Positions 28,491-43,680 of a stretch of 64,000 nucleotides of DNA are shown one piece after another. The DNA is from Paragordius varius (Eukaryota; Animalia; Nematomorpha): positions 4,712,001-4,776,000 of the forward strand of contig OZ176054.1 of NCBI GenBank assembly GCA_964247055.1, read 5' to 3'. The notes beneath the pieces were generated by a model. It was not told where the DNA came from. It made no database searches and was given only the letters and a program-made list of their open reading frames with translations. Within the stretch, counting starts at the first letter, position 1, and each line of letters opens with the position of its first letter. The position numbers and the translations under genes are program-made.

Positions 28491-31400
28491 GGTTAAAATT
28501 AATTTACTGTTGAAAAGTGATGGTTGATTGGATGTTCTATTAGCATGGGTAATATAAATTGATTGTTGAAAAGTGATGGTCGATTGTTGGATTTTCAAAT
28601 ACTAGCATGGGTTATATAAATTGATTGTTGAAAGTGATGGTTGATTGTTGGATATTCTAATATTAGCTTGGGTAATATGAATTGATTGTTGAAAAGTGAT
28701 GGTTGATTGTTAGATAGCATGGGTAAAATAAATTTATTGTTGAAACCGATGGTTGATTGTTGGATATTCTAATATTAGTATGGGTAATATATATTTAGTG
28801 TGTAAAAGTGATGGTTGATTGTTGGATATTCTAATATTAGCATGGGTAATATAAATTGATTGTTGAAAAGTGAGTGTTGTTTGTTGGATATTCTAATATT
28901 AGCATGGGTAATATAAATTGATTGTTGAAAGTGATGGTTGATTGTTGGATATTCTAATATTAGCATGGTTAAAATTAATTTACTGTTGAAAAGTGATGGT
29001 TGATTGGATGTTCTATTAGCATGGGTAATATAAATTGATTGTTGAAAAGTGATGGTCGATTGTTGGATATTCAAATATTAGCATGGGTTATATAAATTGA
29101 TTGTTGAAAGTGATGGTTGATTGTTGGATATTCTAATATTAGCTTGGGTAATATGAATTGATTGTTGAAAAGTGATGGTTGATTGTTGGATATTCTAATA
29201 TTAGCATGGGTAAAATAAATTTATTGTTGAAAGTGATGGTTGATTGTTGGATATTCTAATATTAGCATGGGTAATATAAATTTAGTGTGTAAAAGTGGTG
29301 GTTGATTGTTGGATATTCTAATATTAGCATGGGTAATATAAATTGATTGTTGAAAAGTGATGGTTGATTGTTGGATATTCTAATATTAGCATGGGTAATA
29401 TAAATTGATTGTTGAAAGTGATGGTTGATTGTTGGATATTCTAATATTAGCATGGTTAAAATTAATTTACTGTTGAAAAGTGATGGTTGATTGGATGTTC
29501 TATTAGCATGGGTAATATAAATTGATTGTTGAAAAGTGATGGTCGATTGTTGGATATTCAAATATTAGCATGGGTTATATAAATTGATTGTTGAAAGTGA
29601 TGGTTGATTGTTGGATATTCTAATATTAGCTTGGGTAATATGAATTGATTGTTGAAAAGTGATCGTTGATTGTTGGATATTCTAAAATTAGCATGGGTAA
29701 TATAAATTGATTGTTGAAAGTGATGGTTGATTGTTGGATATTCTAATATTAGCATGGGTAATATAAATTTAGTGTGTAAAAGTGATGGTTGATTGTTGGA
29801 TATTCTAATATTAGCATGGGTAATATAAATTGATTGTTGAAAGTGATGGTTGATTTTTGGATATTCTAATATTAGCATGGTTAAAATTAATTTACTGTTG
29901 AAAAGTGATGGTTGATTGGATGTTCTATTAGCATGGGTAATATAAATTGATTGTTGAAAAGTGATGGTCGATTGTTGGATATTCAAATATTAGCATGGGT
30001 TATATAAATTGATTGTTGAAAGTGATGGTTGATTGTTGGATATTCAAATATTAGCTTGGGTTATATAAATTGATTGTTGAAAAGTGATGGTTGATTGTTG
30101 GATATTCTAATATTAGCATGGGTAATATAAATTTAGTGTGTAAAAGTGATGGTTGATTGTTGGATATTCTAATATTAGCATGGGTTATATAAATTGATTG
30201 TTGAAAAGTGATGGTTGATTGTTGGATATCCCAATATTAGCATGGGTAATATAAATTGATTGTTGAAAGTGATGGTTTATTGTTGGATATTCTAATATTA
30301 GCATGGTTAAAATAAATTTATTGTTTAAAGTGATGGTTGATTGTTGGATATTCTAATATTAGCATGGTTAAAATAAATTTATTGTTGAAAGTGATGGTTG
30401 ATTGTTGGATATTCTAATATTAGCATGGTTAAAATTAATTTACTGTTGAAAAGTGATGGTTGATTGGATGTTCTATTAGCATGGGTAATATAAATTGATT
30501 GTTGAAAAGTGATGGTCGATTGTTGGATATTCAAATATTAGCATGGGTTATATAAATTGATTGTTGAAAGTGATGGTTGATTGTTGGATATTCTAATATT
30601 AGCTTGGGTAATATGAATTGATTGTTGAAAAGTGATGGTTGATTGTTGGATATTCTAATATTAGCATGGGTAATATAAATTGATTGTTGAAAGTGATGGT
30701 TGATTGTTGGATATTCTAATATTAGCATGGGTAATATAAATTTAGTGTGTAAAAGTGATGGTTGATTGTTGGATATTCTAATATTAGCATGGGTAATATA
30801 AATTGATTGTTGAAAGTGATGGTTGATTTTTGGATATTCTAATATTAGCATGGTTAAAATTAATTTACTGTTGAAAGGTGATGGTTGATTGGATGTTCTA
30901 TTAGCATGGGTAATATAAATTGATTGTTGAAAAGTGATGGTCGATTGTTGGATATTCAAATATTAGCATGGGTTATTTAAATTGATTGTTGAAAGTGATG
31001 GTTGATTGTTGGATATTCTAATATTAGCTTGGGTAATATGAATTGATTGTTGAAAAGTGATGGTTGATTGTTGGATATTCTAATATTAGCATGGGTAATA
31101 TAAATTGATTGTTGAAAGTGATGGTTGATTGTTGGATATTCTAATATTAGCATGGGTAATATAAATTTAGTGTCTAAAAGTGATGGTTGATTGTTGGATA
31201 TTCTAATATTAGCTTGGGTAATATAAATTGATTGTTGAAAGTGATGGTTGATTTTTGGATATTCTAATATTAGCATGGTTAAAATTAATTTACTGTTGAA
31301 AAGTGATGGTTGATTGGATGTTCTATTAGCATGGGTAATATAAATTGATTGTTGAAAAGTGATGGTCGATTGTTGGATATTCAAATATTAGCATGGGTTA

Positions 31401-34400
31401 TATAAATTGATTGTTGAAAGTGATGGTTGATTGTTGGATATTCAAATATTAGCTTGGGTTATATAAATTGATTGTTGAAAAGTGATGGTTGATTGTTGGA
31501 TATTCTAATATTAGCATGGGTAATATAAATTTAGTGTGTAAAAGTGATGGTTGATTGTTGGATATTCTAATATTAGCATGGGTTATATAAATTGATTGTT
31601 GAAAAGTGATGGTTGATTGTTGGATATTCTAATATTAGCATGGGTAATATAAATTGATTGTTGAAAAGTGATGGTTGATTGTTGGATATTCAAATATTAG
31701 CATGGGTTATATAAATTGATTGTTGAAAAGTGATGGTTGATTGTTGGATATCCCAATATTAGCATGGGTAATATAAATTGATTGTTGAAAGTGATGGTTT
31801 ATTGTTGGATATTCTAATATTAGAATGGTTAAAATAAATTTATTGTTTAAAGTGATGGTTGATTGTTGGATATTCTAATATTAGCATGGTTAAAATAAAT
31901 TTATTGTTGAAAGTGATGGTTTATTGTTGGATATTCTAATATTAGCATGGGTTATATAAATTGATTGTTGAAAGTGATGGTTGATTGTTGGATATTCTAA
32001 TATTAGCATGGTTAAAATTAATTTACTGTTGAAAAGTGATGGTTGATTGGATGTTCTATTAGCATGGGTAATATAAATTGATTGTTGAAAAGTGATGGTC
32101 GATTGTTGGATATTCAAATATTAGCATGGGTTATTTAAATTGATTGTTGAAAGTGATGGTTGATTGTTGGATATTCTAATATTAGCTTGGGTAATATGAA
32201 TTGATTGTTGAAAAGTGATGGTTGATTGTTGGATATTCTAATATTAGCATGGGTAATATAAATTGATTGTTGAAAGTGATGGTTGATTGTTGGATATTCT
32301 AATATTAGCAGTGATGGTTGATTGTTGGATATTCTAATATTAGCATGGGTAAAATAAATTTATTGTTGAAAGTGATGGTTGATTGTTGGATATTCTAATA
32401 TTAGCATGGGTAATATAAATTTAGTGTGTAAAAGTGATGGTTGATTGTTGGATATTCTAATATTAGCATGGGTAATATAAATTTATTGTTGAAAAGTGAT
32501 GGTTGATTGTTGGATATTCTAATATTAGCATGGGTAATATAAATTAATTGTTGAAAGTGATGGTTGATTGTTGGATATTCTAATATTAGCATGGTTAAAA
32601 TTAATTTACTGTTGAAAAGTGATGGTTGATTGGATGTTCTATTAGCATGGGTAATATAAATTGATTGTTGAAAAGTGATGGTCGATTGTTGGATATTCAA
32701 ATATTAGCATGGGTTATTTAAATTGATTGTTGAAAGTGATGGTTGATTGTTGGATATTCTAATATTAGCTTGGGTAATATGAATTGATTGTTGAAAAGTG
32801 ATGGTTGATTGTTGGATATTCTAATATTAGCATGGGTAATATAAATTGATTGTTGAAAGTGATGGTTGATTGTTGGATATTCTAATATTAGCATGGGTAA
32901 TATAAATTTAGTGTCTAAAAGTGATGGTTGATTGTTGGATATTCTAATATTAGCTTGGGTAATATAAATTGATTGTTGAAAGTGATGGTTGATTTTTGGA
33001 TATTCTAATATTAGCATGGTTAAAATTAATTTACTGTTGAAAAGTGATGGTTGATTGGATGTTCTATTAGCATGGGTAATATAAATTGATTGTTGAAAAG
33101 TGATGGTCGATTGTTGGATATTCAAATATTAGCATGGGTTATATAAATTGATTGTTGAAAGTGATGGTTGATTGTTGGATATTCAAATATTAGCTTGGGT
33201 TATATAAATTGATTGTTGAAAAGTGATGGTTGATTGTTGGATATTCTAATATTAGCATGGGTAATATAAATTTAGTGTGTAAAAGTGATGGTTGATTGTT
33301 GGATATTCTAATATTAGCATGGGTTATATAAATTGATTGTTGAAAAGTGATGGTTGATTGTTGGATATTCTAATATTAGCATGGGTAATATAAATTGATT
33401 GTTGAAAAGTGATGGTTGATTGTTGGATATTCAAATATTAGCATGGGTTATATAAATTGATTGTTGAAAAGTGATGGTTGATTGTTGGATATCCCAATAT
33501 TAGCATGGGTAATATAAATTGATTGTTGAAAGTGATGGTTTATTGTTGGATATTCTAATATTAGCATGGTTAAAATAAATTTATTGTTTAAAGTGATGGT
33601 TGATTGTTGGATATTCTAATATTAGCATGGTTAAAATAAATTTATTGTTGAAAGTGATGGTTTATTGTTGGATATTCTAATATTAGCATGGGTTATATAA
33701 ATTGATTGTTGAAAGTGATGGTTGATTGTTGGATATTCTAATATTAGCTTGGGTAATATGAATTGATTGTTGAAAAGTGATGGTTTATTGTTGGATATTC
33801 TAATATTAGCAGTGATGGTTGATTGTTGGATATTCTAATATTAGCATGGGTAAAATAAATTTATTGTTGAAAGTGATGGTTGATTGTTGGATATTCTAAT
33901 ATTAGCATGGGTAATATAAATTTAGTGTGTAAAAGTGATGGTTGATTGTTGGATATTCTAATATTAGCATGGGTAATATAAATTTATTGTTGAAAAGTGA
34001 TGGTTGATTGTTGGATATTCTAATATTAGCATGGGTAATATAAATTGATTGTTGAAAGTGATGGTTGATTGTTGGATATTCTAATATTAGCATGGTTAAA
34101 ATTAATTTACTGTTGAAAAGTGATGGTTGATTGGATGTTCTATTAGCATGGGTAATATAAATTGATTGTTGAAAAGTGATGGTCGATTGTTGGATATTCA
34201 AATATTAGCATGGGTTATATAAATTGATTGTTGAAAGTGATGGTTGATTGTTGGATATCCCAATATTAGCATGGGTAATATAAATTGATTGTTGAAAAGT
34301 GATGGTTGATTGTTGGATATTCTAATATTAGCATGGGTAAAATAAATTTATTGTTGAAAGTGATGGTTGATTGTTGGATATTCTAATATTAGCATGGGTA

Positions 34401-36414
34401 ATATATATTTAGTGTGTAAAAGTGATGGTTGATTGTTGGATATTCTAATATTAGCATGGGTAATATAAATTGATTGTTGAAAAGTGATGGTTGATTGTTG
34501 GATATTCTAATATTAGCATGGATATAAATTGATTGTTGAAAGTGATGGTTGATTGTTGGATATTCTAATATTAGCATGGTTAAAATTAATTTACTGTTGA
34601 AAAGTGATGGTTGATTGGATGTTCTATTAGCATGGGTAATATAAATTGATTGTTGAAAAGTGATGGTCGATTGTTGGATATTCAAATATTAGCATGGGTT
34701 ATATAAATTGATTGTTGAAAGTGATGGTTGATTGTTGGATATTCTAATATTAGCTTGGGTAATATGAATTGATTGTTGAAAAGTGATGGTTGATTGTTGG
34801 ATATTCTAATATTAGCATGGGTAAAATAAATTTATTGTTGAAAGTGATGGTTGATTGTTGGATATTCTAATATTAGCATGGGTAATATAAATTTAGTGTG
34901 TAAAAGTGATGGTTGATTGTTGGATATTCTAATATTAGCATGGGTAATATAAATTGATTGTTGAAAAGTGATGGTTGATTGTTGGATATTCTAATATTAG
35001 CATGGGTAATATAAATTGATTGTTGAAAGTGATGGTTGATTGTTGGATATTCTAATATTAGCATGGTTAAAATTAATTTACTGTTGAAAAGTGATGGTTG
35101 ATTGGATGTTCTATTAGCATGGGTAATATAAATTGATTGTTGAAAAGTGTTGGTCGATTGTTGGATATTCAAATATTAGCATGGGTTATATAAATTGATT
35201 GTTGAAAGTGATGGTTGATTGTTGGATATTCTAATATTAGCTTGGGTAATATGAATTGATTGTTGAAAAGTGATGGTTGATTGTTGGATATTCTAATATT
35301 AGCATGGGTAATATAAATTGATTGTTGAAAGTGATGGTTGATTGTTGGATATTCTAATATTAGCATGGGTAATATAAATTTAGTGTGTAAAAGTGATGGT
35401 TGATTGTTGGATATTCTAATATTAGCATGGGTAATATAAATTGATTGTTGAAGGTGATGGTTGATTTTTGGATATTCTAATATTAGCATGGTTAAAATTA
35501 ATTAACTGTTGAAAAGTGATGGTTGATTGGATGTTCTATTAGCATGGGTAATATAAATTGATTGTTGAAAAGTGATGGTCGATTGTTGGATATTCAAATA
35601 TTAGCATGGGTTATATAAATTGATTGTTGAAAGTGATGGTTGATTGTTGGATATTCAAATATTAGCTTGGGTTATATAAATTGATTGTTGAAAAGTGATG
35701 GTTGATTGTTGGATATTCTAATATTAGCATGGGTAATATAAATTTAGTGTGTAAAAGTGATGGTTGATTGTTGGATATTCTAATATTAGCATGGGTTATA
35801 TAAATTGATTGTTGAAAAGTGATGGTTGTTTGTTGGATATTCTAATATTAGCATGGGTAATATAAATTGATTGTTGAAAGTGATGGTTCAATATTAGCAT
35901 GGGTAATATAAATTGATTGTTGAAAAGTGATGGTTGATTGTTGGATATTCTAATATTAGCATGGGTAATATAAATTGATTGTTGAAAGTGATGGTTGATT
36001 GTTGGATATTCTAATATTACCATGGGTAATATAAATTTAGTGTGTAAAAGTGATGGTTGATTGTTGGATATTCTAATATTAGCATGGGTAATATAAATTG
36101 ATTGTTGAAAGTGATGGTTGATTTTTGGATATTCTAATATTAGCATGGTTAAAATTAATTTACTGTTGAAAAGTGATGGTTGATTGGATGTCCTATTAGC
36201 ATGGGTAATATAAATTGATTGTTGAAAAGTGATGGTCGATTGTTGGATATTCAAATATTAGCATGGGTTATATAAATTGATTGTTGAAAGTGATGGTTGA
36301 TTGTTGGATATTCAAATATTAGCTTGGGTTATATAAATTGATTGTTGAAAAGTGATGGTTGATTGTTGGATATTCTAATATTAGCATGGGTAATATAAAT
36401 TTAGTGTGTAAAAG

Positions 36415-38510
36415 TGATGGTCGATTGTTGGATATTCAAATATTAGCATGGGTTATATAAATTGATTGTTGAAAGTGATGGTTGATTGTTGGATATTCAA
36501 ATATTAGCTTGGGTTATATAAATTGATTGTTGAAAAGTGATGGTTGATTGTTGGATATTCTAATACAAGCATGGGTGATATAAATTTAGTGTGTAAAAGT
36601 GATGGTTGATTGTTGGATATTCTAATATTAGCATGGGTTACATAAATTGATTGTTGAAAAGTCATGGTTGTTTGTTGGATATTCTAATATTAGCATAGGT
36701 AATATAAATTGATTGTTGAAAGTGATGGTTGATTGTTGGATATCCCAATATTAGCATGGGTAATATAAATTGATTGTTGAAAAGTGATGGTTGATTGTTG
36801 GATATTCTAATATTAGCATGGGTAATATAAATTTAGTGTGTAAAAGTGATGGTCGATTGTTGGATATTCAAATATTAGCATGGGTTATATAAATTGATTG
36901 TTGAAAGTGATGGTTGATTGTTGGATATTCAAATATTAGCTTGGGTTATATAAATTGATTGTTGAAAAGTGATGGTCGATTGTTGGATATTCAAATATTA
37001 CCATGGGTTATATAAATTGATTGTTGAAAGTGATGGTTGATTGTTGGATATTCAAATATTAGCTTGGGTTATTAAAAATTGATTGTTGAAAAGTGATGGT
37101 TGATTGTTGGATATTCTAATATTAGCATGGGTAATATAAATTTAGTGTGTAAAAGTGATGGTCGATTGTTGGATATTCAAATATTAGCATGGGTTATATA
37201 AATTGATTGTTGAAAGTGATGGTTGATTGTTGGATATTCAAATATTAGCTTGGGTTATATAAATTGATTGTTGAAAAGTGATGGTCGATTGTTGGATATT
37301 CAAATATTAGCATGGGTTATATAAATTGATTGTTGAAAGTGATGGTTGATTGTTGGATATTCAAATATTAGCTTGGGTTATATAAATTGATTGTTGAAAA
37401 GTGATGGTTGATTGTTGGATATTCTAATACAAGCATGGGTGATATAAATTTAGTGTGTAAAAGTGATGGTTGATTGTTGGATATTCTAATATTAGCATGG
37501 GTTACATAAATTGATTGTTGAAAAGTCATGGTTGTTTGTTGGATATTCTAATATTAGCATAGGTAATATAAATTGATTGTTGAAAGTGATGGTTGATTGT
37601 TGGATATCCCAATATTAGCATGGGTAATATAAATTGATTGTTGAAAAGTGATGGTTGATTGTTGGATATTCTAATATTAGCATGGGTAATATAAATTTAG
37701 TGTGTAAAAGTGATGGTCGATTGTTGGATATTCAAATATTAGCATGGGTTATATAAATTGATTGTTGAAAGTGATGGTTGATTGTTGGATATTCAAATAT
37801 TAGCTTGGGTTATATAAATTGATTGTTGAAAAGTGATGGTCGATTGTTGGATATTCAAATATTACCATGGGTTATATAAATTGATTGTTGAAAGTGATGG
37901 TTGATTGTTGGATATTCAAATATTAGCTTGGGTTATATAAATTGATTGTTGAAAAGTGATGGTTGATTGTTGGATATTCTAATATTAGCATGGGTAATAT
38001 AAATTTAGTGTGTAAAAGTGATGGTCGATTGTTGGATATTCAAATATTAGCATGGGTTATATAAATTGATTGTTGAAAGTGATGGTTGATTGTTGGATAT
38101 TCAAATATTAGCTTGGGTTATATAAATTGATTGTTGAAAAGTGATGGTCGATTGTTGGATATTCAAATATTAGCATGGGTTATATAAATTGATTGTTGAA
38201 AGTGATGGTTGATTGTTGGATATTCAAATATTAGCTTGGGTTATATAAATTGATTGTTGAAAAGTGATGGTTGATTGTTGGATATTCTAATACAAGCATG
38301 GGTGATATAAATTTAGTGTGTAAAAGTGATGGTTGATTGTTGGATATTCTAATATTAGCATGGGTTACATAAATTGATTGTTGAAAAGTCATGGTTGTTT
38401 GTTGGATATTCTAATATTAGCATAGGTAATATAAATTGATTGTTGAAAGTGATGGTTGATTGTTGGATATCCCAATATTAGCATGGGTAATATAAATTGA
38501 TTGTTGAAAA
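36415..38510. repeat. About 864-bp higher-order repeat (14 monomers), about 2.5 copies
   Basis: TAATACAAGC at 36561, 37425 and 38288; ATTACCATGG at C37001 and C37865. Confidence 0.8.
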
Positions 38511-38659
38511 GGGATGGTTGATTGTTGGATATTCTAATATTAGCATGGGTAAAATAAATTTATTGTTGAAAGTGATGGTTGATTGTTGGATATTCTAATA
38601 TTAGCATGGGTAATATAAATTTAGTGTGTAAAAGTGATGGTTGATTGTTGGATATTCAA

Positions 38660-41600
38660 ATATTAGCATGGGTTATATAAATTGATTGTTGAAAGTGATG
38701 GGATTTTTGGATATTCTAATATTAGCATGGTTAAAATTAATTTACTGTTGAAAAGTGATGGTTGATTGGATGTTCTATTAGCATGGGTAATATAAATTGA
38801 TTGTTGAAAAGTGATGGTCGATTGTTGGATATTCAAATATTAGCATGGGTTATATAAATTGATTGTTGAAAGTGATGGTTGATTGTTGGATATTCAAATA
38901 TTAGCTTGGGTTATATAAATTGATTGTTGAAAAGTGATGGTTGATTGTTGGATATTCTAATATTAGCATGGGTAATATAAATTTAGTGTGTAAAAGTGAT
39001 GGTTGATTGTTGGATATTCTAATATTAGCATGGGTTATATAAATTGATTGTTGAAAGTGATGGGATTTTTGGATATTCTAATATTAGCATGGTTAAAATT
39101 AATTTACTGTTGAAAAGTGATGGTTGATTGGATGTTCTATTAGCATGGGTAATATAAATTGATTGTTGAAAAGTGATGGTCGATTGTTGGATATTCAAAT
39201 ATTAGCATGGGTTATATAAATTGATTGTTGAAAGTGATGGTTGATTGTTGGATATTCAAATATTAGCTTGGGTTATATAAATTGATTGTTGAAAAGTGAT
39301 GGTTGATTGTTGGATATTCTAATATTAGCATGGGTAATATAAATTTAGTGTGTAAAAGTGATGGTTGATTGTTGGATATTCTAATATTAGCATGGATTAT
39401 ATAAATTGATTGTTGAAAAGTGATGGTTGTTTGTTGGATATTCTAATATTAGCATGGGTAATATATTTTGATTGTTGAAAGTGATGGTTGATTGTTGGAT
39501 ATCCCAATATTAGCATGGGTAATATAAATTGATTGTTGAAAAGTGATGGTTGATTGTTGGATATTCTAATATTAGCATGGGTAATATAAATTGATTGTTG
39601 AAAGTGATGGTTGATTGTTGGATATTCTAATATTAGCATGGGTAATATAAATTTAGTGTGTAAAAGTGATGGTTGATTGTTGGATATTCAAATATTAGCT
39701 TGGGTTATATAAATTGATTGTTGAAAAGTGATGGTTGATTGTTGGATATTCTAATACAAGCATGGGTGATATAAATTTTGTGTGTAAAAGTGATGGTTGA
39801 TTGTTGGATATTCTAATATTAGCATGGGTTACATAAATTGATTGTTGAAAAGTGATGGTTGTTTGTTGGATATTCTAATATTAGCATGGGTAATATAAAT
39901 TGATTGTTGAAAGTGATGGTTCAATATTAGCATGAGTAATATAAATTGATTGTTGAAAAGTGATGGTTGATTGTTGGATATTCTAATATTAGCATGGGTA
40001 ATATAAATTGATTGTTGAAAGTGATGGTTGATTGTTGGATATTCTAATATTACCATGGGTAATATAAATTTAGTGTGTAAAAGTGATGGTTGATTGTTGG
40101 ATATTCTAATATTAGCATGGGTAATATAAATTGATTGTTGAAAGTGATGGTTGATTTTTGGATATTCTAATATTAGCATGGTTAAAATTAATTTACTGTT
40201 GAAAAGTGATGGTTGATTGGATGTCCTATTAGCATGGGTAATATAAATTGATTGTTGAAAAGTGATGGTCGATTGTTGGATATTCAAATATTAGCATGGG
40301 TTATATAAATTGATTGTTGAAAGTGATGGTTGATTGTTGGATATTCAAATATTAGCTTGGGTTATATAAATTGATTGTTGAAAAGTGATGGTCGATTGCT
40401 GGATATTCAAATATTAGCATGGGTTATATAAATTGATTGTTGAAAGTGATGGTTGATTGTTGGATATTCAAATATTAGCTTGGGTTATATAAATTGATTG
40501 TTGAAAAGTGATGGTTGATTGTTGGATATTCTAATACAAGCATGGGTGATATAAATTTAGTGTGTAAAAGTGATGGTTGATTGTTGGATATTCTAATATT
40601 AGCATGGGTTACATAAATTGATTGTTGAAAAGTCATGGTTGTTTGTTGGATATTCTAATATTAGCATAGGTAATATAAATTGATTGTTGAAAGTGATGGT
40701 TGATTGTTGGATATCCCAATATTAGCATGGGTAATATAAATTGATTGTTGAAAAGTGATGGTTGATTGTTGGATATTCTAATATTAGCATGGGTAATATA
40801 AATTTAGTGTGTAAAAGTGATGGTCGATTGTTGGATATTCAAATATTAGCATGGGTTATATAAATTGATTGTTGAAAGTGATGGGATTTTTGGATATTCT
40901 AATATTAGCATGGTTAAAATTAATTTACTGTTGAAAAGTGATGGTTGATTGGATGTTCTATTAGCATGGGTAATATAAATTGATTGTTGAAAAGTGATGG
41001 TCGATTGTTGGATATTCAAATATTAGCATGGGTTATATAAATTGATTGTTGAAAGTGATGGTTGATTGTTGGATATTCAAATATTAGCTTGGGTTATATA
41101 AATTGATTGTTGAAAAGTGATGGTTGATTGTTGGATATTCTAATATTAGCATGGGTAATATAAATTTAGTGTGTAAAAGTGATGGTTGATTGTTGGATAT
41201 TCTAATATTAGCATGGGTTATATAAATTGATTGTTGAAAGTGATGGGATTTTTGGATATTCTAATATTAGCATGGTTAAAATTAATTTACTGTTGAAAAG
41301 TGATGGTTGATTGGATGTTCTATTAGCATGGGTAATATAAATTGATTGTTGAAAAGTGATGGTCGATTGTTGGATATTCAAATATTAGCATGGGTTATAT
41401 AAATTGATTGTTGAAAGTGATGGTTGATTGTTGGATATTCAAATATTAGCTTGGGTTATATAAATTGATTGTTGAAAAGTGATGGTTGATTGTTGGATAT
41501 TCTAATATTAGCATGGGTAATATAAATTTAGTGTGTAAAAGTGATGGTTGATTGTTGGATATTCTAATATTAGCATGGATTATATAAATTGATTGTTGAA

Positions 41601-43680
41601 AAGTGATGGTTGTTTGTTGGATATTCTAATATTAGCATGGGTAATATATTTTGATTGTTGAAAGTGATGGTTGATTGTTGGATATCCCAATATTAGCATG
41701 GGTAATATAAATTGATTGTTGAAAAGTGATGGTTGATTGTTGGATATTCTAATATTAGCATGGGTAATATAAATTGATTGTTGAAAGTGATGGTTGATTG
41801 TTGGATATTCTAATATTAGCATGGGTAATATAAATTTAGTGTGTAAAAGTGATGGTTGATTGTTGGATATTCAAATATTAGCTTGGGTTATATAAATTGA
41901 TTGTTGAAAAGTGATGGTTGATTGTTGGATATTCTAATACAAGCATGGGTGATATAAATTTTGTGTGTAAAAGTGATGGTTGATTGTTGGATATTCTAAT
42001 ATTAGCATGGGTTACATAAATTGATTGTTGAAAAGTGATGGTTGTTTGTTGGATATTCTAATATTAGCATGGGTAATATAAATTGATTGTTGAAAGTGAT
42101 GGTTCAATATTAGCATGGGTAATATAAATTGATTGTTGAAAAGTGATGGTTGATTGTTGGATATTCTAATATTAGCATGGGTAATATAAATTGATTGTTG
42201 AAAGTGATGGTTGATTGTTGGATATTCTAATATTACCATGGGTAATATAAATTTAGTGTGTAAAAGTGATGGTTGATTGCTGGATATTCTAATATTAGCA
42301 TGGGTAATATAAATTGATTGTTGAAAGTGATGGTTGATTTTTGGATATTCTAATATTAGCATGGTTAAAATTAATTTACTGTTGAAAAGTGATGGTTGAT
42401 TGGATGTCCTATTAGCATGGGTAATATAAATTGATTGTTGAAAAGTGATGGTCGATTGTTGGATATTCAAATATTAGCATGGGTTATATAAATTGATTGT
42501 TGAAAGTGATGGTTGATTGTTGGATATTCAAATATTAGCTTGGGTTATATAAATTGATTGTTGAAAAGTGATGGTCGATTGTTGGATATTCAAATATTAG
42601 CATGGGTTATATAAATTGATTGTTGAAAGTGATGGTTGATTGTTGGATATTTAAATATTAGCTTGGGTTATATAAATTGATTGTTGAAAAGTGATGGTTG
42701 ATTGTTGGATATTCTAATACAAGCATGGGTGATATAAATTTAGTGTGTAAAAGTGATGGTTGATTGTTGGATATTCTAATATTAGCATGGGTTACATAAA
42801 TTGATTGTTGAAAAGTCATGGTTGTTTGTTGGATATTCTAATATTAGCATAGGTAATATAAATTGATTGTTGAAAGTGATGGTTGATTGTTGGATATCCC
42901 AATATTAGCATGGGTAATATAAATTGATTGTTGAAAGTGATGGTTGATTGTTGGATATTCTAATATTAGCATGGGTAATATAAATTTAGTGTGTAAAAGT
43001 GATGGTCGATTTTTGGATATTCAAATATTAGCATGGGTTATATAAATTGATTGTTGAAAGTGATGGGATTTTTGGATATTCTAATATTAGCATGGTTAAA
43101 ATTAATTTACTGTTGAAAAGTGATGGTTGATTGGATGTTCTATTAGCATGGGTAATATAAATTGATTGTTGAAAAGTGATGGTCGATTGTTGGATATTCA
43201 AATATTAGCATGGGTTATATAAATTGATTGTTGAAAGTGATGGTTGATTGTTGGATATTCAAATATTAGCTTGGGTTATATAAATTGATTGTTGAAAAGT
43301 GATGGTTGATTGTTGGATATTCTAATATTAGCATGGGTAATATAAATTTAGTGTGTAAAAGTGATGGTTGATTGTTGGATATTCTAATATTAGCATGGAT
43401 TATATAAATTGATTGTTGAAAAGTGATGGTTGTTTGTTGGATATTCTAATATTAGCATGGGTAATATATTTTGATTGTTGAAAGTGATGGTTGATTGTTG
43501 GATATCCCAATATTAGCATGGGTAATATAAATTGATTGTTGAAAAGTGATGGTTGATTGTTGGATATTCTAATATTAGCATGGGTAATATAAATTGATTG
43601 TTGAAAGTGATGGTTGATTGTTGGATATTCTAATATTAGCATGGGTAATATAAATTTAGTGTGTAAAAGTGATGGTTGAT
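38660..43680. repeat. About 2,183-bp higher-order repeat with internal 362-bp duplication
   Basis: GGGATTTTTGG marker at 38700, 39062, 40883, 41245 and 43065; ORF offsets 39397/41580 and 39829/42012. Confidence 0.82.

Noticed and set aside
31811-31826. Perfect 16-bp palindrome ATTCTAATATTAGAAT
   Set aside because: A single C-to-A change in one monomer's existing dyad; expected by chance among about 1,000 copies.
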